Positions 10,116 through 22,210 of a DNA stretch of 64,000 nt are shown here, piece after piece. How positions within the stretch are numbered: position 1 is the first letter of the stretch; each line of letters opens with the position of its first letter. The DNA is from Selaginella moellendorffii. Taxonomy: Eukaryota; Plantae; Lycopodiophyta. The translations under genes and the position numbers were made by a program. The notes beneath the pieces were generated by a model. It did not search any database, was not told where the DNA came from, and saw only the letters and a list, made by a program, of their open reading frames with translations. The DNA is taken from the NCBI RefSeq assembly GCF_000143415.4, contig NW_003314282.1, positions 1,507,374 to 1,571,373 on the forward strand, in the 5' to 3' direction.

Positions 10116-13100
10116 AGTGGAGCCGGCACCTTGTCTGTAACATACGACGTGGCTAGCTTCTTGGAGGTGACGGCGTAAGTCTCTTCATCCTCGAGTGTTA
10201 TGTGATCTCTCACCATCTGAGAGCCACAACACTGTATCGCACTCTTAAGCTTGCCATGATGCATGCCTGTCTTGGATCCCCACTCTCGTCTACCTCTGCT
10301 TTTTGATGCTTGAACACCTGATCGTTGAGCGTGTCCGGAGACCAAGTCAGGATGAAAAGCTTAATCACATAATCTCCCTTCATGAAAAAGTGACCGTGAT
10401 TCTGCAGGTACGATCTTGCAAGGCTCCAGTGACCTTCATCGATCTCCCAGTCCACCAGGTACCACACCGTGCCTTCCTCTTCGGCCTTCTTGCCGTTCTT
10501 AGAACCTGTTGGATTCTCTGAACTTGAGAAGGCTTCTTCGGGAGGAGCTCCCACAGGAGCACGAAGACAAACCTGACTTGCCAATCCCTGGCATGCCCAG
10601 CGCAACCACGGAAGCTACCTCTGACGTCTGTGCATAGCAACTCCTCACCTACACCAGCGGCTCGTGCCTTCTTGAGTATCGCAGACACTGCAGAAACTTA
10701 TGCCTGGACTTGTCGAGTAGCGGCATCTTTGAGAAGGCTCCCAGCTGCCCATAGCGGGTGTCAGCGATCACTCGCTCTCATTGCAGACTTTGCGACCAAG
10801 CCAGAATAGCCAACATTAAAAATTTGTTAATTAAGCTACAAGTCTGAAACAACAACTAGAAGAATGTGCTCCTTTACGTGAAAATTTAGATGCATGTAAA
10901 GGGCTGAGTTGAAGGCTGATGAACACCAAATGAAAGTTGGTGCCTCCATTTTTGCTCGTAAGTAAAATGGTTTTCTAGATTGTTATCTTTGGCCTGAAAG
11001 ACGTGGTATTGATTATCAAGATTCCCTTGTTTAGATAAGTTCCTCAGGCTATAATGTTGAGTAGCAGTTATTGTTGTAAGGGAATCTTGCATACATGGAA
11101 CAATTTCCACTTAATTCTGAGCTGGTTGAGTGATGTTGGGAGGAGCCACGATGGGAGAAGCTTGGACTGAAGTCATGCCAAGCTTTGTGTCTTGGAGCAT
11201 GGTCATTGTCAAGTTGATTCCTTGATGAACTTGTTGTGGAGGTAGCTCGCAATGTCATGTTTTCCGCTACAAGTTGTTATAGAGAATTGCAATTTGCTTC
11301 ACCAGTAGAGGTTGTTGACTTCTGCATCTCCAAGCCTGAGGATAAAAAACTTGAGCTGCCACTTTGCTTCATCAATCACATTGTTCATTTGTAGAGAGTT
11401 GCTGTTGTTGTAGTTGTTGAGGACTTTGATGCATTTTGGTGAAACCCCCTTCGTGCATGGGATCAATGTCATTTGCTCTCCACCAGTGGAAAGCTTGAAA
11501 GCCTACACAAAATATTTAGCATGCATGACAGACTCATATTTGCTGGTGTATACAAAGTCTTCTTTGTATGTTAAGAGAAGATTCTTGGTGATGTTGAGAT
11601 TGTATGGGTTCTCTATAATCTTTGAAAATTCATAAAATCTTTTTTTTTTATATAGCCACTTGTCAAACTCTTCAGTCCTTTTAAGTTGGATTGCACAGCA
11701 AGAATAGACTCATTTTGATCATGTTGAGGACTTTAGGATTGAAGTTGAACTCCTTGGTAATGCCACATGCTTGCATGCTCCATTTCCCTATTCTTTTTTT
11801 TTAATCTCAATGCACTATGCCATAGCCAAAGATGCCAAAGCTATGGTTTTTGCCCTTGCCCCAAATTTAACTAAGTTGAGTGATCTGGGTTCAAATCTCT
11901 AACTTTGAATTTTCTTTTTGTTATTATTGTCTTTTTGATAGAGCATATTTTCTCTTGATCTTGTGTGCAATTGATGAGTCTTGGTAGATTGTTGTGTCTC
12001 TTAGTTTTGTTTTCAGTCTTCATGTCTTTTCTTGATTTCATAAATTTGAAGTTTGAGATTTTACTTTAAATTGAATTCTCAAACTTGATTTTTGAGAATC
12101 TTCTTGAAATTGTGTCTAGAACTTACAATTCTTTTATGAGTTGAGTTATTAAGTTTGACTCTTAAGATTTTTTTTTCTATTGGAATCTTGATTTTGATTC
12201 TTGTTTGTTTTATTTGTGTCAAAATTTTGAGCTTTGTATTTTAAGTTTTGGATTGTTGAGCTTTATACTCATGATTCTCTTCAATATTGGATTCTTAAGT
12301 TTTAAGGTTGTAATTCTTGAGTGGTAGGGTTTTAAAGTTATAATTTTAACTTTTTCTTAGATTGTTGACAAGATTGATATCAATTGATTGGTATTTCTTA
12401 AGCTTTTTAAAGTTAATAGTTTAGAGATATTTGTTGTTGAATATTGCAATTACTACTATTTTTGGATTTTTGAATTGTTGGATGAAGAATTGGTCTTTCC
12501 TATCTTGATTTCATCTTTGAGCCAATTTTCTTTATGTTTACTCGAAATTATAAAATTTGATTTAAGTTTTTTTTTTTTTATTGTAGTTAGTTTTTCTTTT
12601 AGCTTGAATGGCTTCAAGCGTCCAGATTACTTGTAGTTATTCTTTATTGAGCTTCTCTAGTATAGTTAATTTTTTCTTGACTGATTCTCTTTGGTTGATC
12701 TCATAGTGTACTGCCATTTGTGTAAGCAATTTTGGTATGTTTATAGAGTGTTATGGATACAATTGTCTGAGTCTTTTTCATTTATCTTCATGATCTTCTT
12801 AAATATATTCTTGAGGGTTTTATTTGTAAATCTAGCTTGACAATTTCCCTGAGGTTGTGAGGTCATGATCCTCTAGAGCTAGAGAAACTATTCATAAAGG
12901 AGTAGAATTGGTGTCTCACCATCTTATCCACGATTGCTTCCATAAAAAGTGTAAGAAAGTGATCCTTTACTTTGTGGTAACCTTGTTTAAATTCTTGAAG
13001 TCTATAGAGTTAAAGCTTGCTATTTGCTTTTCTTGTAAAGACTAGGTTTAAGACCCACTTAGAATGCTCTAAAGGACAAATAGAAGTTATAACCCCTCTC

Positions 13101-13471
13101 AAATGACTCCAGCTGAGTGCATCAATTGTTGAAGGACTTGATATTGATGAACCTCATAAGCCCCTTAGTTGATATGATTCTTTATTAATCGATGAAGAAT
13201 TGCCTCCCTACCAAGGCTTTCAGCATGTCTATTGCATAAGTGAAAGGAGTAACCATGCTGATCTAGCAACTACATTTATTGCTAGATGTGCATGAATTTA
13301 GTGCACTATAAAGACCTTTGAAAAACCCATTTTTTATTATCTTTATTATTACAATTAGTATCTAACAATTATTGTGATTTAATGGGTATCTTCCTATCTT
13401 CTAGTGATGTGGATTTGTAAATAGTTGACTTACTAAGTGAATAAATTCATTATATGCAAAATGTTAATATA

Positions 13472-14044
13472 TGTAAGCATTCAAAGGGAACAACTCGAAA
13501 GATGATCCATAAATATTTAAATATAGAGAGAAAGGGCCCATGAATAAGACTGCACCCTTTTTCTCAATCGGTTAAAAGTCTTGGGATATACTTAGGGTTA
13601 AATGTTTTTGGGTTTAAATAGTACTGAGTTGAGTGACCTCTCGGAAAATTTAAATTCAAAAACTTACAATTGGTATAAGAGGGGTCTCAAGTCTGACTTT
13701 GTTGGTTAGCTAGGGGAATCACGCCACATATTAATTGACACTTAGTAAGTCTAGTGTGCTTTGGCTGGGCTTGACCTGAGGGGTAGGGTGTCAATGGGGC
13801 TCTTAACTTTTATTTACGAGGGCATGAATTTGTAGAAAAGCGTGGTGAATTGTAAGTAACCAAAAAGAACGATTTAAAAGATAATTTATAGAGGTTCAAA
13901 TATAAAGAGAAAGGGCCCATGAATAAAAATACACCCCCTTTTCCAATTGATTAAGGTTTTGGGATACTTGGGGTTAAGTGTATTTAGATTTAAATAGTAT
14001 TGAGCTGGGTGACCTCCCAAGAAGTAAAAATTTAAGAGTTTATA
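13472..14044 (+). mobile_element. Cassandra-like TRIM copy 1 (5S-bearing LTRs 13472-13668 and 13851-14044)
   Basis: LTR termini TGTAAG...CTTACA. PBS TGGTATAAGAG at 13671 (tRNA-iMet type). Purine-rich tract before LTR2. Flanks ATATA/ATATG. 5S-like gtactgagttgagtgacctc. Confidence 0.85.
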
Positions 14045-14639
14045 ATATGTTCTTATAAGGACACAATTATTCAATACTTTAGATAAATTTTCTATCTTAA
14101 ATTCCTTTCTACTCAATCAAGAAAGAATATCTATATTCTTAATTGTGAGCTTCTCAGAAGTTTTATAATAATCTAATGCAAGGAGAGAGTTCCACTTGAA
14201 GTTTAATCAAGAGCCTCCAATTGTTTTAGAGTATTTTTAGAGAAAGTTTTCTTTGTAAAACATTCAAATTGAGGCCTAGTTCTATTTATGTTAAGTATGT
14301 ATATTGCAATATGATAAATCTAGTAGAAAAATCTATCTTCCTTGATAGTGGTGTGGGAGGGATTCAATGGATTTTGATAGATGTACTAATCATGAGATTC
14401 TTGTCACAGAATCTCCAAAATGTTTCAATGAGGGTGCTTTAATTTCTTAGTTGATTGTAAGTCAAGTGAAGGACTAAATCATTGTTGTCTCCAGCAATGA
14501 AAATAAAGAAGATCAACTTCCTTACTTAGCTTCCCAAACCAAGAGGTGTAGTCCTAATGGATTTGTCTTTGAAGCAATGGAGACTGAATTTTGGTAATTT
14601 TATTTGCTATATTTAGATTTCTAGGAGTTTGAGTATAGG

Positions 14640-15175
14640 AAATATAAAGAACTTCCACCTTCTTATGATGGGAATATTTTCTTCAAATTTCCACCAACAA
14701 GCTCCCTAAGCAAGATAAAGGGCATGGAAACTCATATAGATCCATATAACTATTACAAAGTAAAGATAACCCATTTCACCTATTTTGAATGTTTAATATC
14801 TATTATTTATTGTGGTGGCTATTTGGAATATATTGCAAATAAATGCATTTCTGACCATGACAAGAACAATTACTTCTTTGAAAGGTTAGCTACCAATCCC
14901 CTAAGGTGTTAATTTAAATGTTCCTATGAGTTTATTCATGAGTATAGGGCTTAAATGTTCCTATGGGAGTTTGTTTATATGGCAAGTAACTTCTACTAGC
15001 CAATACCCATTTATTTTCAAGATGTCAACCCTTGGTCTTGCTTCTAGTGTAAACATTATGGAACAAATGGATATGGATGGAGGTGGGGATTTTGCAAATT
15101 TTTGGATCTATTTTAACTATATAGAACATGTTTTAGGCTGGTCAGCCATGTAAGCACATGTTTATGATCATAAGT
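14640..15175 (+). mobile_element. Degenerate Mutator/MULE-like DNA transposase fragment
   Basis: Segments LPPSYDGNIFFKFPP, YCGGYLE and FKMSTLG...GGDFANFWIYFNYIEHVLGWSAM*AHVYDH resemble a transposase family motif recalled as FKMS...GGDL...W.MFDHVKRV..WTT.ACHVYD. Stops and frameshifts present. Confidence 0.45.
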
Positions 15176-15186
15176 AAGTGGTTTAT

Positions 15187-15208
15187 TAAACCCTAAACCC
15201 TAAACCCT
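15187..15208 (-). repeat. Short interstitial plant telomeric repeat (TTTAGGG)x3
   Basis: taaaccctaaaccctaaaccct. Confidence 0.6.
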
Positions 15209-18200
15209 TTTCTTTTATAATATTCTCAAAGTTTTTCTTGGCAGGTTGCAATGTAACTTGACTATAACTATAACTAAATTTAAAGATTTAGGATTTTAAG
15301 TGCAATATGTAATGTCTGAGGTGGTTGAACAATGAATAGAGAAGAAACTAAATTTTTGTGGCTATATGGTGTTAGAGCTTTGAGTGAGATTCTCTAGATT
15401 ATTTTATTATTAGAATATTTTAAGGGCGTAAGAAGATGCTAGGGCATAAGGGTATATTCTCCTTCTTCCCCATTTTTTAAGGTAGGGAATTCACACAAAA
15501 GATATACTTGAGTAGGATTTCAAAGCATGAAAGAATGCTCTCCCATTGTTAAGAGGCTCCCCTCTCAACCTTTGGCGACTCCATTGAGGAGGATTGCTTT
15601 TTAGCCAATCCTCGGGTTTTTCTTAGGGTTTTGGAGTAAATTTTTGAGAAATCTCTTAGAAGTAAGGAAGAATGTGCTTAGTTGCAAAATTCTCACTATG
15701 CTTAGATTTTAAGGATTTCTTGAGTTTTTTTTCTTTTTAGACAAGATAAGTCAGTTTTCTTCTCATCGTGGCTCTTAGAGGAATCAATTCAAGAAATGAA
15801 GATCATGGGCTTGTAGATCTTGTCGAGATACATGGTTTAGCATAAAAAAATTCCTTGATTTGGTGCAAAAAATCAGCACATATAACTTCCATTTTCTCAC
15901 AGCGTGCAAAATAATAACTTTAGAAGTTTGGAACAAGCTAGATACACTACCATTTCAATTTTTCTTAGACTCCTCTGGTAGATCTATTCATAAGCTTTCT
16001 TTAGAGGATTTTTATGCAAGTTTTAAGTTGGTTTGGAGTGATTTAGAACAATTTTTCTCTCACACTTATTTATTTCAAATATAAAGAAAGATTTTTGAGC
16101 TTTTTGCTGTTTTTTGGGAAATAATTTCAATTTTTTTCTATATGAAGCTATATAGGAGGTGAAGAGCTTCTCCCAAGCACAAGAACGTGATTTTAGGAGT
16201 TCTATACTTCAACATCTATTGTGTTTTTAAATATTTGCCATAATTGAGAAAATTGAGTATTTTTATGAAAGTTACTTTTAGAAAAGGTTTTTAGATAGTG
16301 CTATGCCTCATTTGCATTTATCCTCATCAATTTACATACTCTAGATCACAAGTTTAAACATATTTTTTGCAAAGGTGTTTTATTGCATTGGTTGTAAGGA
16401 AGAATTTATTCTTTCTTTTCTTTTGCTAGAAGTTTTTTTTGTTTAAACAACATTTAATTGAGAGGAGGTCATTTTCACAAATTTTTTAGTATAAAGCAAG
16501 TGTTGAGGCATTTCTGGGCATTTTTTTTGTGTATTCTATAATGTGTGGTAAGTGCTTTACCTTCAGAAACAATTTACTTTTGCTTGGGGTTACCTCTAGA
16601 CTTATCCGAAGACTTGGCATTTGTTGCATTTGCATATTCCATGCCTATGAACATGAGGAGTACAGGCATGTGATTGGTTCTTGGTTCTCTCTCAGCTCCC
16701 CATATACAAAGAAAGCTCTTTAGGCTTTGGCGAGAGTTGAACTCATTACTACATTGTCAGCAAGTGAGGATTTACTATCCAATGTAAATACCAAGTTAGG
16801 AGATTTATGTGGCACCTCCTTGCCTTGATTTTTCCTCAAGCTACAAATTCACCACTTCTAAAGAGGCCAAGAGACATTCCTAAAGATCCTATATCAACCA
16901 AGGATGGTATAGCAATCTCCACCACCTCTACCACCCATGCCGATAGTGCATGTGTTGTAGCATAGTCTTGAACTCCCCTTCTTTGAGCCAAGGATAGGCA
17001 TTTTACTGAAGGATCACCTTGCAACATTCTCTTCTTACTGTGCTAGCAACTAGATCATAGACAATGTGACCAAGCACAAGGTGTTCATTCAACCGATGCA
17101 TGGACATGCATGGCAATGGGTACTTGTGCTGGAGGTTGAGGAAAAGCAAGACTTTGACACTCTCCTTTAGACATTTAGGAGCACGTTCTCACAAAAGGTT
17201 CCCCTACAGTAATGTGTTGAGGACTTGTTCTAGTTTTGGCAAGGTGCAAATGAATCCATCTTCGATTATACGACAGCATTTTGGAAGATCAGCCTCGATA
17301 AGAGAGCAACATGAGAGGAGTCTATCAAAGTATCCATCTTTGTACAAGGCCTCAAGCTCGGACTCTAAAAGAAAGTTTCCAAGCACTACCACTAGCGATG
17401 CCATGATGCCTACACACATGTTGTAGAACTTAAGTTGAAGATATTCCATGAAATCAGTGTCTCATTCACTGAGGAGCTTGTCTAAAGACTCCTAGCAACT
17501 CATCCTTGTGCCTCTACTTGCGTCACAGCCCCCCAGCTAGTCCCTGAGAAGATGCCCACCGTAGTCAAGTGTGTTTTAGCCGAGTTTAAAGAGTACAAGA
17601 TGATCTTTCAGCAACATTAAAAGGAATAGAGCAAACTCATGGAGGAACTCCGAGCATTGAAGATGGTTGTACAAGACCACCCTTGGTGATAGCTCTGTTG
17701 GTATGAGGAGTGCAAGATCCAGTCACATAACATAACTCGTTTTTGGTGATTATATCCAAAGTTGCACCCACAGAGATAAATGCACAAGTCTAGTGCCAAC
17801 CATTTGTGGAAAACACAGCCCTAGACACCTTCAGAGAGTACTATGAGATGCTCCATCAATGCACGATTGAAGCACCACCGGCAAATGATCATGGGAAATT
17901 CCTAGTGAATATGATCTATGTAGTGGAGGAGTTGACAGTAAAGGTGGCTACCTGAACTTAAAGGAAGGCACACATAGTAGTAGAGGAGTTGGACACCACA
18001 CTGACACCAGCTCCAATAGTCATTTCCTTTCAATTCTCATTGCTTGGCAAATTGCCCTTCCTGAAGGCATTTGCAACAGTGCCAGCCTCCCCATTGATAT
18101 CTCAAGTTCCAATGTCTTCATGCATGCTAAACTTTGCTAGCACACAGCTTGGACGGTCTTCTTTGATGTCAAGTGGTCACCAAAGCAATTTTATTGACCA

Positions 18201-20745
18201 AATTATGGCAACTTTAATCATGACAACACTTGGCACTCTTTATCATCAATTCCCGGCCTTGCTTTAGCAGCTTAAGGTCTTTGTGTGAGCTTTTAGTGAA
18301 ATGGCACCCTCTTGAGTCCCAAACATGGCCCCTATTCCTATTGTCAATGCCATAGTGGCTCTTGATCCCAACACATTCATAATTCTAGTGATGATTGCAG
18401 GCATCGATATGGAGGCTTTTGCTAGCCACAAAAATTCTCTCCTCCACTCTTGCTCAACAAAAGGGCCTCTAGATCCAGGAGTATTCTAAGGTCGTGCTAA
18501 AAACCTTTGCAGAACCCGTGGGAGTTTACTGAAATGTTTGTATTCTCATCTATGGTCACAAGTCCACAATTGACTTTCATGTTGTGGACTACAATTCTTT
18601 GGGAGCCTCCTTATAGGAGAAGTCTGTCATCTTAGGATGGCCATGGTTAAATGCAATGTCTTGCATCTTTGACTTTGAGCATGGGCAATTACAAATTGGG
18701 AGGGGTAATAGTTAGGTGACAATCCTCAATTCTAAAGGGTAAGCCTTGGCATCCCAAAACATTTCCAAGGTCATAAAAGCACCATTTAACTCCTCTCCAT
18801 AACAATTCATTGCTTCTTCATCAATTGCCAACATGATAATGGAGTCTTAGTCTTTGTGATGCAACATGATTGATTTTCTACATATGGACTAAACAACCTT
18901 ATTCCTAAACTTCTCCTTCATCCACTCTGCATCACTATGCTCACTTTGGCTCAAGAAGGCAAAAGATCTAGGCAAGATTCTTGAGATTTTAAAATTACCT
19001 TACTTGGAGGAGAACACAATTTTTGTGATGTCTTTGGAGAGTGACTTTCTTAAGATAGATCCTACTGCAAAGACATAAGAGGACACTCTACAGCACTTTC
19101 TCATACAGCCATAGGTGCCATATTTAGTTCTTCCTAGCTCAGAGATTTTACACAACTTTATTGACGAAAGCAATATTCATATGAGGTTTCATGAAGAAGC
19201 AATGGCTCCTAAGATTATGGAGCACAAGGCCTATCAAGACGAGGTAGAGATACAGCCCTAGCCACCAGATGAGGCCACTTCATTTGACATTGACCCAGCA
19301 TCACTCACATTCGCATTTCTGAGGGAGTTTGCGGCTATGGAGCATAATTTCTCTTCCTCCCTTGGAGTTGATATCCACTAGAAAGTCTATGATGTTGTAC
19401 TAATGGAAAATCTTTAAGGCACATATGCTTTACCATATGACCTTATGAGTGATGATGAGAACACATTTGCAGTGACTTAGAGACTATTTCTATCCACAGC
19501 TTTTTCTCTGGACCATCTCTAGCCCTCCACCATAGCCCACAACACTCTAACACAACAGATGGATGAGGTGCATGCAGGCCAGAAGTTTGCCGATTATCTA
19601 TCTACCAAAGTTGGTGAAAGCATCACTTTTTCTCCACCACCATCCTAGCTTTATTCAGAAGCTTCTCCAACCTTGGGACATCACACTAGAGCTCTCCAGC
19701 CACAAGATATTAGCTGTGGCCTCACCCACAGTGATCGTGGCATCTCTTGTGATCATCGACACTTCACTCAACCACCAATTTTCTTGTGAGCACTTCCAAC
19801 TAAGTTCACTACTTTGGAGACTCTTCCTTCCATGCTCTAGAGGCTCCAAATGTTGCCACACATAGCCAAGCTTCAGATTTCTCATTTTGCAATGCTACTC
19901 ATTTTGGGCCTACATGACATCACACATTGGAGGGCAACATGGCCAGCTTTTGCAGCATCTCTTGCCTCCTTCAAGACTCTTTGGGACCTCCTGGCACAAG
20001 CTCAATCCTTGCTCAATTTTAGTAACTCCCATGAGGTGAGCCCTTTCCTGTAATGCTCTAGAATTTTGCACCACCTGCAAAGTTCTCCCCTAAGTGGCTC
20101 AATCCCTTCTTCATCAAGAAGCACATTAGAGGTGGTGTTTACATCCTCACAAACAAGGCAGGGTAGGAGTCATGCCCACAACCATTGCCACCTCAAGATC
20201 TTTCGGTGGCAAGCTTGTTTCACTCTCTTTTTCTTCTTTTCTTTTTTTTTTTTCTTTCTTTTCTTCTACTTTGATATCTTTTTTATCATATCTAAGATGT
20301 GATTCTCAGGATGGAGCAAGCACAAGCCTAGACTTTCACCTTGAGGCTACATCAACTCCTCTCGTCTGAGAGTTCATATGTTTCATGGTTTGCTACTCAT
20401 GGTTCCTAGGTTTTCTTTACATAATTTCACTCCCTCTTTTATCAACATCACTTTGAATTACTCACAGTCACAATCTATTCACTTTGCTATTTGCTACACC
20501 ACTATTTACCACTCACTACAGTTGCTCAATTCACATTTCTTCACTTTTCTCACCATGCATATATGATCTCGGGGATCCTATTACATCACTCTACTCATTA
20601 TAATTACACAACAGGCACATCAAAAAAGTAGCAAAACTCAAAATATGATGTGGGCTATATACTATAAGTACAAGCACATATAAGACACTTTGCAATTGAT
20701 TTCTGAGAGCCAGTTGGACTTGATGCACATAGGAGACTAGGCATT

Positions 20746-21876
20746 TGTAGTGCATGTGGTTTTTACCCTTTATCCTATGGTGATTTACTATAGGATAACA
20801 CCACGAAGTGGAACCTAAACCCTTCATGTACCACGTGTCATATGCCACGTATCCATAGGACAATGGTGTGGAACCCGAGGTTCAAAGACTTGGGACACTG
20901 AACGAAGGAATGGTGCCAAACTCCCAAGCATGGAGCCAAGGAGTGATGGAACCAGAAGCAACTCCCGAGCATATAACCCAAGAAGCAAAGGGACAAGAGC
21001 TCGGAGTGACTTGGAACAGTTCTAGAGCAACCAACATCCCAATGCCAAGACTAACATGTAAACCGGAGCCAAACAGAGTTTAAAGTTATTTTGGCATACC
21101 GGTGGCCTAACGTGAGGATATGGATACTCCACCAACTAACATGGTGTGGAATTTGGGCTTAGACCCAAGCCGGACGCAGAACAAAGACAGGCATATAGGC
21201 GGGAGCTAAATTATGCCTTAGGTTAGTCGGCCATGCCCAACCTACCCACTATCCCTATTATACATTTGGAACCCCCCATATCCCGCCCCCCCCTTAAGGA
21301 ACACATGCTTTGGGCTTTCACCCCAAGCCTCCCTTAGTATCAAGAGTTAGTCTCTGGGACAAACTTGAAACTTATTAAATATGAAATGTCTTTAGATTGC
21401 GAATTTGGACGCGGGATGAACACCATTGTGTTCAGAACAATCTCTACATTCTGTAGATATGCCAAATGAGCAAATCTAGACACTTTCCATAAATAGTATT
21501 TGGGACCGGAATGAAACTAACACAAAGGGCATGATAGCAAAGGTATTTGGCAGACATGGTAAGATATCATATAGCAAATATTGAGGGACTAGTCTCAATA
21601 TTGCGAGGGTTCCCAACACTAACAAGTGCAAGTCAACATCATGAGTTTCTCGTCACCGTGTCAAGTATGCTTGACTAAATGACAACTTAGGATTTCCTTC
21701 TTTAGTGCCCTTTTGGTCTAAGTGCACATGTGATGACCAGTTTCTCAACTAGCTTAGGTGAAGATTAATAACAGGTCCAGCAATACCGACCTCTTACCGT
21801 TGTAGCAATAAGGAAAGAGTGTCCGTAAGGATTGGCCGACAGGTAACTTTCAATACCCGAAGTCACATTTGTGACA
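20746..21876. mobile_element. Solo LTR, family B (1.13 kb), nested in the Tat-like element
   Basis: TG...CA termini, perfect 5-bp TSD GCATT, homologous to 47297-48414. Confidence 0.9.
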
Positions 21877-21906
21877 GCATTACTTAGGCAGACTTTTTAC
21901 CTAATC

Positions 21907-22210
21907 TGTAACACATGTGATTATGGGATGAGATTTGGATATATTGTCACTATAGATCTTTAAAACCTTGGGGCATAAATGGGGATAAAATAGCCATTAA
22001 GGGCTTTTTTTATCAAGTAATTACTATTTTTCCAGTTGGTTAAGGGGAAAGAGATAAGGTGTATTATATGTGGTATTGGAGTAAATGGCACAGGTTCAAT
22101 TCCCTTTAATTCATGGAAAGATTAAGATAAAAAAGTCACTAAAAGCTCTTTTATCAAGCAATTACTTTTTTTTTATTTAGCTTAAGGGGAGAGAGATAGG
22201 GTGTGCTACA
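21907..22210 (+). mobile_element. Internally deleted TRIM, family C (related fragments at ~33090-33520, 50821-50977, ~56990-57060 and ~57945-58405)
   Basis: TGTAACAC...GTGCTACA termini, internal direct repeat, PBS-like TGGTATTGGAG at 22071, flanks TAATC/CAATC. Confidence 0.65.

Noticed and set aside
10079-10700. Minus-strand ORF fragments with a chromodomain-like VWYLVDW motif
   Set aside because: The other chromodomain residues are missing and the frames are broken. This is probably a decayed gene or TE that I cannot assign.
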